This document shows positions 59,529-64,000 of a stretch of 64,000 nucleotides of DNA, piece after piece (position 1 is the first letter of the stretch; each line of letters starts with the position of its first letter). Location of the stretch: NCBI GenBank assembly GCA_036796695.1, contig DAIRCK010000012.1, forward strand, positions 8,524 to 72,523, read 5' to 3'. The position numbers and the translations under genes are program-made. This stretch comes from a bacterium (GTDB lineage: Bacteria > Hydrothermota > Tepidihabitantia > SM23-42 > JAOAFX01). The notes below the pieces were generated by a model. That model ran no database searches. It saw only the letters and a list, made by a program, of their open reading frames with translations, and had not been told where the DNA came from.

Positions 59529-60285
59529 TATCCTATCTATATTGCTTTCCAGCCTTGTATGTAGTATTGAATTGCCCCTTGAATTCAACGGTAGGGTCTT
59601 TCTCGGGAAATACCTTAATAGTGACACGACAAGGTTCAATATGGATGCATCAGCACAGATGAGATGCACAATGGTAAAATACAAAGAACTCTCTTTCTAT
59701 ATGGAATATCGAGATGACCTTGATATGGCAGAACAGAAAGGTGGTGTTTCACTCGACCCGAGATATTCCCATTATTATGTCACAGCCGGGTTTGAGTATC
59801 ATTTTTCAAAAATCTTCTGCCATCTCTCTTTCATCCATGACTGTGTCCATGATATTGATTATGAGGTGGAGGGGACACCGGTCTTTAACCGGATTTCAAT
59901 ACTCTTTGCCCATAATGGATACCATCCTAAAAATGTAGTGTTGACCGATGAAAAATTTCTCTGGGCATTTGATACAAAACTATATCCCCACTGGAAATAT
60001 AATGGCTGGGATATAAATGCCGGTGCAGATTATCAATTTGACTTTAATATCGACCTTATATACAAATTTTTTGATAAAAAATCCTTAGGTGCATTTACCA
60101 ACTTAAACCTTTTGGTATGCAAGGGTGGCTCGACACTTTACCATCAGGATTTTATTCGGGCGAATTTATTCTATAAAAATTCCAGCCGTAGAATCGGGTT
60201 TGAATTAAAATATAATTTTTATAATAATGACCCAATTAAAAATCCAGGAGGCTTATGGCTATTTTCAGCATTTGTGGAATTTTAA
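59518..60285 (+). CDS. Hypothetical protein, possibly an outer-membrane beta-barrel (C-terminal aromatic residue)
   Basis: Alternating amphipathic strands; it ends in ...VEF. Confidence 0.4.
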   Translation: MPVNILSILLSSLVCSIELPLEFNGRVFLGKYLNSDTTRFNMDASAQMRCTMVKYKELSFYMEYRDDLDMAEQKGGVSLDPRYSHYYVTAGFEYHFSKIFCHLSFIHDCVHDIDYEVEGTPVFNRISILFAHNGYHPKNVVLTDEKFLWAFDTKLYPHWKYNGWDINAGADYQFDFNIDLIYKFFDKKSLGAFTNLNLLVCKGGSTLYHQDFIRANLFYKNSSRRIGFELKYNFYNNDPIKNPGGLWLFSAFVEF

Positions 60286-61886
60286 TAATAAATCTTTTAA
60301 CATTCAATCCAGCAAACAGTTCTTATGAACTATTCAGTATCGGTTGTCAACTTGAACTTGAAGGCAAAATTTCAGAAGCAATAAATTACTATCTCAAGGC
60401 ATTACAATATGACCCAACCGCAAAAGAGGTCTATCTTTCTCTCACCACTGCCTTTTATAGGATCAGGGAATTCGACAAAGGGATTGAATATGCCACCAAA
60501 GGACTTTCTTTTGTCAGCGATAGTTCTGAATTTTACGGATTGATTGCTGCAGGATATATTGGCAAAGGCGATCTGAAAAGTGCGGTCAGTATCTATGAAA
60601 AGATAAAAATATTGAAACCTTCAGATCCGGAAATTATTCAGACAATTGCCTTACTTTATGAAGGGCTAGGTGATTTAAACTCTGCGATAAAAATGCTTCT
60701 TGAATTCCCGGACAGTCTAAAAAATGTTGACATCTACAACCGATTAGGAACCCTTGCGGGTAAATCCCGCAACCATCTTGACGCCATAAAATATTACAGG
60801 CAGGCATATAATTATGATACTACAAATGTTCTAACACTTATTGGTATTGGCACTGGATTTGATATCTTAAATGTAAAGGATTCTGCAATATACTACTATG
60901 AACTCGCATTGAAATATTCTGATTCCAATGACCTGCGTAAAAGACTTCTTGATCTCTATGGTGATACAGAACAGTTCGAAAAAATAATAAAGACGGCAAG
61001 AGAGATCCTCAGGATTGACTATTATGATGCCTATGTCCGCAGGAGTCTGGGTTTTGCATTATACAAATCAGGTCTATTTGAAGAAGCGTTAAGCGAATTT
61101 TTGATAAGTGCAGGGCTGAATCCCCGGGATGATTATTCCCGTTTTTATATTGCCCGCATAAACCTTGAGCAGAGAAGATATGATGAAGCAGAAAAAGCAA
61201 TTGAAGATGCAATTAAAATTAATCCTGATTTTACTGAACTCTGGGTTTATGCTGGATTCATTGCTCTGGATAAAAAAGACTATAAAACCGCAAGATATTA
61301 TTTCACCGAAGCAGCGCATCACAATGCTGATATGTCACAGATTTATTATTTGCTTGGTGCTACCAGTGAACTTGATGGTGCATATACCGATGCCTATTTT
61401 TATTACAAAAAATCTTTGAGCCTGAACCAAAAATCACTCGCTGGATTATCTGCCCTTGCCAATATCTGCGACCGCATAGGCAAAAAAGATGAAGCCCTGC
61501 GCACATTTGAAAAAATAATTTTGATTGATTCTACTGATGCCACAGCCTTGAATTATGTTGGTTATACATATGCAGAAAGGGGTGAGAAATTAGATTACGC
61601 GCTGGAGTTGATTGAAAAGGCTCTGAGCATTGAACCGAATAATGGTTATATAATTGATTCAAGGGGATGGGTCTATTATCAAAAAGGTGATTACAACTCA
61701 GCCCTCATCGATTTAAAAAGGGCGAGTGAACTTATTGAAGATGCCGTGATATTTGAACATTTAGGTGATGTATATTTAAAATTGAACGAATTTGAAAAGG
61801 CAATCGAAATGTATAATAAGGTTCTTAATCTTGACCCGAAAAATAAAAGTGTAAAAAATAAATTATCAAATCTGAAAGGAGAATGA
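60255..61886 (+). CDS. TPR-repeat protein (about 12 repeats) with N-terminal signal/anchor
   Basis: Repeated A-x2-Y-x-x-A-L-x-x-x-P TPR consensus throughout. Confidence 0.7.
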   Translation: MAIFSICGILIINLLTFNPANSSYELFSIGCQLELEGKISEAINYYLKALQYDPTAKEVYLSLTTAFYRIREFDKGIEYATKGLSFVSDSSEFYGLIAAGYIGKGDLKSAVSIYEKIKILKPSDPEIIQTIALLYEGLGDLNSAIKMLLEFPDSLKNVDIYNRLGTLAGKSRNHLDAIKYYRQAYNYDTTNVLTLIGIGTGFDILNVKDSAIYYYELALKYSDSNDLRKRLLDLYGDTEQFEKIIKTAREILRIDYYDAYVRRSLGFALYKSGLFEEALSEFLISAGLNPRDDYSRFYIARINLEQRRYDEAEKAIEDAIKINPDFTELWVYAGFIALDKKDYKTARYYFTEAAHHNADMSQIYYLLGATSELDGAYTDAYFYYKKSLSLNQKSLAGLSALANICDRIGKKDEALRTFEKIILIDSTDATALNYVGYTYAERGEKLDYALELIEKALSIEPNNGYIIDSRGWVYYQKGDYNSALIDLKRASELIEDAVIFEHLGDVYLKLNEFEKAIEMYNKVLNLDPKNKSVKNKLSNLKGE

Positions 61887-63139
61887 TGGAACCTTATCGC
61901 ATAAAGGTTATTGAGCCATTGAGAAAGACGACAAGAAATCAACGTTGGGGGATCCTAAAAAAAGCAGGATATAATCTATTTCTCATTCCTGCCCGTTTTG
62001 TATATCTTGATTTCATCTCAGATTCAGGAACCGGTGCGATGAGTGCTGAAGCATGGGCAAGGATTATCGAAGCAGAAGAAGATTTCTCTGGGCAGAAGGC
62101 AGGTGAAGATTTTATTAATATCGCCCGCGGGATTACTGGTTTCCCTTTTATCCAGGCAGTTCATCAAGGCAGAACCGCAGAAAATATCCTTTTCAATATT
62201 CTTTTCAAAAAAGGGGACAAGATTATATCTAATACCCATTTTGAGACAACCCGTGCCAACCTTGAGAAAATCGGTTGTAGTGCCATAGATATTCCTGATC
62301 TTAAACCGCCTTTCTGCGGCAATATAGATATCAATAGACTGGAATCAGCAGTGAAAAAAGATAAAAAAATAAGGGCGGTTGTGTTGACACTCACAAACAA
62401 TATAAAAGGCGGGCAACCAGTTTCACTTGAAAATATAAAAGAGACACATAAAATAATTAAAAAAAATGGCGGTCTTTTAATATTCGATGCAAGCCGGTTT
62501 GCAGATAATGCCTTTTTCATAAAAAAATACTCAAATTCAAAAAAATCAATATCTAGTATATGCTATGAGATGTTCCGTTATTGCGATATTCTCTATCTTA
62601 GCAGTAAAAAAGATGGCCTTGTAAATATCGGCGGGTTCATTGGTATCCGAGATAAAAGAATCTATGAACGGTTGCGAGAAAAAATTATTGAACAGGAATC
62701 ATATCCAAGTTCCGGTGGTCTCGCAGCAAGGGATCTCGCCGCAATGGCTGTTGGTCTAAAAGAATCAATCGATGAAGAATTTCTTAGGTCACATATCGAA
62801 AAAGTCCATTCCCTTGGCAAATTTTTAAAAATGAACGGTGTAAAAATCTTTGAGCCACTCGGTGGCCATGGAGTTGTAATCATTTTAGAATCGGATATTC
62901 CTTATCCTGCCTATACCCTTGGTGCCCGCATCTATCTTGAAACAGGCATAAGGGGTGGTGTATTTGGAGATGAATTAAGGCTTGCAATTCCAAGAAGGGT
63001 GTATACGATTGAACACCTCAAATTTACCGGTGAGTCAATCGGTCTTGTTTACAAAAAAGAACCGATATTCAAATTAAAATTAGCAAATCGACCAAAGACC
63101 TTTTTTAATTTCTTCGCCCGTTTCACGGTTGAAAGATAA
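61883..63139 (+). CDS. tnaA: Tryptophanase / tyrosine phenol-lyase family beta-eliminating lyase
   Basis: EPYRIKVIEPLRKTTR...DSGTGAMS and the PLP-lysine motif SSKKDGLVNIGG match TnaA/TPL. It is shorter than E. coli TnaA. Confidence 0.75.
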   Translation: MMEPYRIKVIEPLRKTTRNQRWGILKKAGYNLFLIPARFVYLDFISDSGTGAMSAEAWARIIEAEEDFSGQKAGEDFINIARGITGFPFIQAVHQGRTAENILFNILFKKGDKIISNTHFETTRANLEKIGCSAIDIPDLKPPFCGNIDINRLESAVKKDKKIRAVVLTLTNNIKGGQPVSLENIKETHKIIKKNGGLLIFDASRFADNAFFIKKYSNSKKSISSICYEMFRYCDILYLSSKKDGLVNIGGFIGIRDKRIYERLREKIIEQESYPSSGGLAARDLAAMAVGLKESIDEEFLRSHIEKVHSLGKFLKMNGVKIFEPLGGHGVVIILESDIPYPAYTLGARIYLETGIRGGVFGDELRLAIPRRVYTIEHLKFTGESIGLVYKKEPIFKLKLANRPKTFFNFFARFTVER

Positions 63140-63167
63140 ACTTTTCATAAGCTGATTTGTCTAACTC

Positions 63168-63195
63168 TTGACAAGCTATGGTTTTTATATAAAAT
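63168..63195 (+). promoter_or_regulatory. Promoter TTGACA-N16-TAAAAT upstream of clpC
   Basis: Seen directly; a leader of about 25 nt carries the AAGGGGGT RBS. Confidence 0.5.
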
Positions 63196-63224
63196 CAATA
63201 TAGGTTGTTCTAAGGGGGTATACT

Positions 63225-64000
63225 TTGCAGGAACGATTTACTGAAAGAGTCAGGAAGATTTTGCATATTGCCCGTGAAGAGGCAATAAAGTTCAGGCACA
63301 ATTTCATAGGAACCGAGCATCTTCTTCTGGCAATGATCAAAGAAGGTGAAGGTGTCGGTGCAATGGTATTGATAAACTTAGGTGTAGAATTAGGAGAATT
63401 GCTCAAGGCAATCGAAAATTCAATAACCATTGGACCGGGCGGTAAGATTGATGTTACCCTGGGCAATGAAGCAAGGGTATGCCTTAACTATGCAATGGAA
63501 GAGGCAAAGAATCTCGGCCATACCTATGTTGGAACTGAACATCTATTATTGGGTATTATAAAGACCGAAGGAAGCATCGGTGCACAGATTCTTGCATCTA
63601 TGGGGATTGATTATGAGATAGCAAAAAACGAAATAATACAGTTATTAAAGCCTGAAGGGGTCGCAGCTGGAAAAACAAAAGGCAAAACCAGGGGTTCTGC
63701 ACTCGATTTGTTTTCAAGAGATCTTACCCAGCTTGCCCGAGAAGGTAAACTTGACCCTATAATTGGAAGGGAAAAAGAAATTGAACGGGTCATACAAATT
63801 CTTTCCAGAAGGAAAAAGAATAATCCTGTATTAATTGGTGAAGCAGGTGTTGGTAAGACAGCAATCGTTGAAGGACTTGCCCAGGACATAGTTGCCGGTA
63901 ATATACCTGATTCCTTAAAGAACAAAAGGGTTCTTGCCCTTGATATGGCATCGATCGTAGCCGGAACAAAATACCGCGGTCAGTTTGAAGAAAGACTCAA
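63225..64000 (+). CDS. clpC: ATP-dependent Clp protease ATP-binding subunit ClpC (5' part; it continues beyond the window); TTG start
   Basis: Double Clp-N repeats ([16 protein letters not shown]..., [16 protein letters not shown]), then Walker [16 protein letters not shown]. Confidence 0.8.
   Translation, partial: MQERFTERVRKILHIAREEAIKFRHNFIGTEHLLLAMIKEGEGVGAMVLINLGVELGELLKAIENSITIGPGGKIDVTLGNEARVCLNYAMEEAKNLGHTYVGTEHLLLGIIKTEGSIGAQILASMGIDYEIAKNEIIQLLKPEGVAAGKTKGKTRGSALDLFSRDLTQLAREGKLDPIIGREKEIERVIQILSRRKKNNPVLIGEAGVGKTAIVEGLAQDIVAGNIPDSLKNKRVLALDMASIVAGTKYRGQFEERL

Noticed and set aside
63185-63925. Minus-strand ORFs 63185-63466 and 63611-63925
   Set aside because: They are antisense to the clearly conserved clpC 5' region (double Clp-N plus Walker A) and are spurious.

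Overview
This 64-kb chromosomal window comes from an AT-rich bacterium that evidently has a type IX secretion system: five genes end in T9SS C-terminal sorting domains and three carry FG-GAP beta-propeller repeats. It is therefore most likely an uncultivated FCB-superphylum (Bacteroidota-related or candidate-phylum) organism. TTG starts are frequent, genes overlap by 4-26 nt, and many promoters fit TTGAC(T/A)-N16-TA(T/A)AAT. No rRNA, tRNA or CRISPR was found.

- **1-7.0 kb:** a tandem cassette of T9SS cargo genes. It holds a partial CTD protein, FG-GAP paralog A, a protein with about 13 tandem PD40/TolB-like repeats, and FG-GAP paralog B. The 3' ends of A and B are near-identical at DNA level, which suggests duplication or gene conversion. 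Two of the CTDs contain imperfect heptanucleotide tandem-repeat arrays.
- **7.3-22.3 kb:** one uninterrupted 17-gene minus-strand his-trp-aro-tyr supraoperon, in the order hisG-hisC-hisB-hisH-hisF-hisA::hisI-trpD-trpC-tyrA-trpF-aroE-aroC-aroK::aroB-aroQ-trpB-trpA-DAHPS. A consensus promoter and a roughly 260-nt leader precede it; the leader carries an intrinsic-terminator attenuator. The leader also contains a candidate 41-codon peptide whose last 15 codons are rich in His, Phe, Tyr and Trp.
- **22.7-23.85 kb:** a T9SS cargo pseudogene, with an in-frame TGA and a frameshift after the signal peptide.
- **23.9-64 kb:** mostly housekeeping genes (ftsEX-envC, trmI, glnA, lnt, rsmI, hflX, nadB, iorAB, lolA-like, rimO, tryptophanase, clpC 5' end). 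Interspersed are larE, chrA, bioY, a Memo::AMMECR1 fusion and larB; two membrane-anchored spermidine-synthase-like paralogs; an orphan RAYT/IS200-like Y1 transposase; and a 1084-aa FG-GAP T9SS protein.
- At least eight genes appear to be leaderless.
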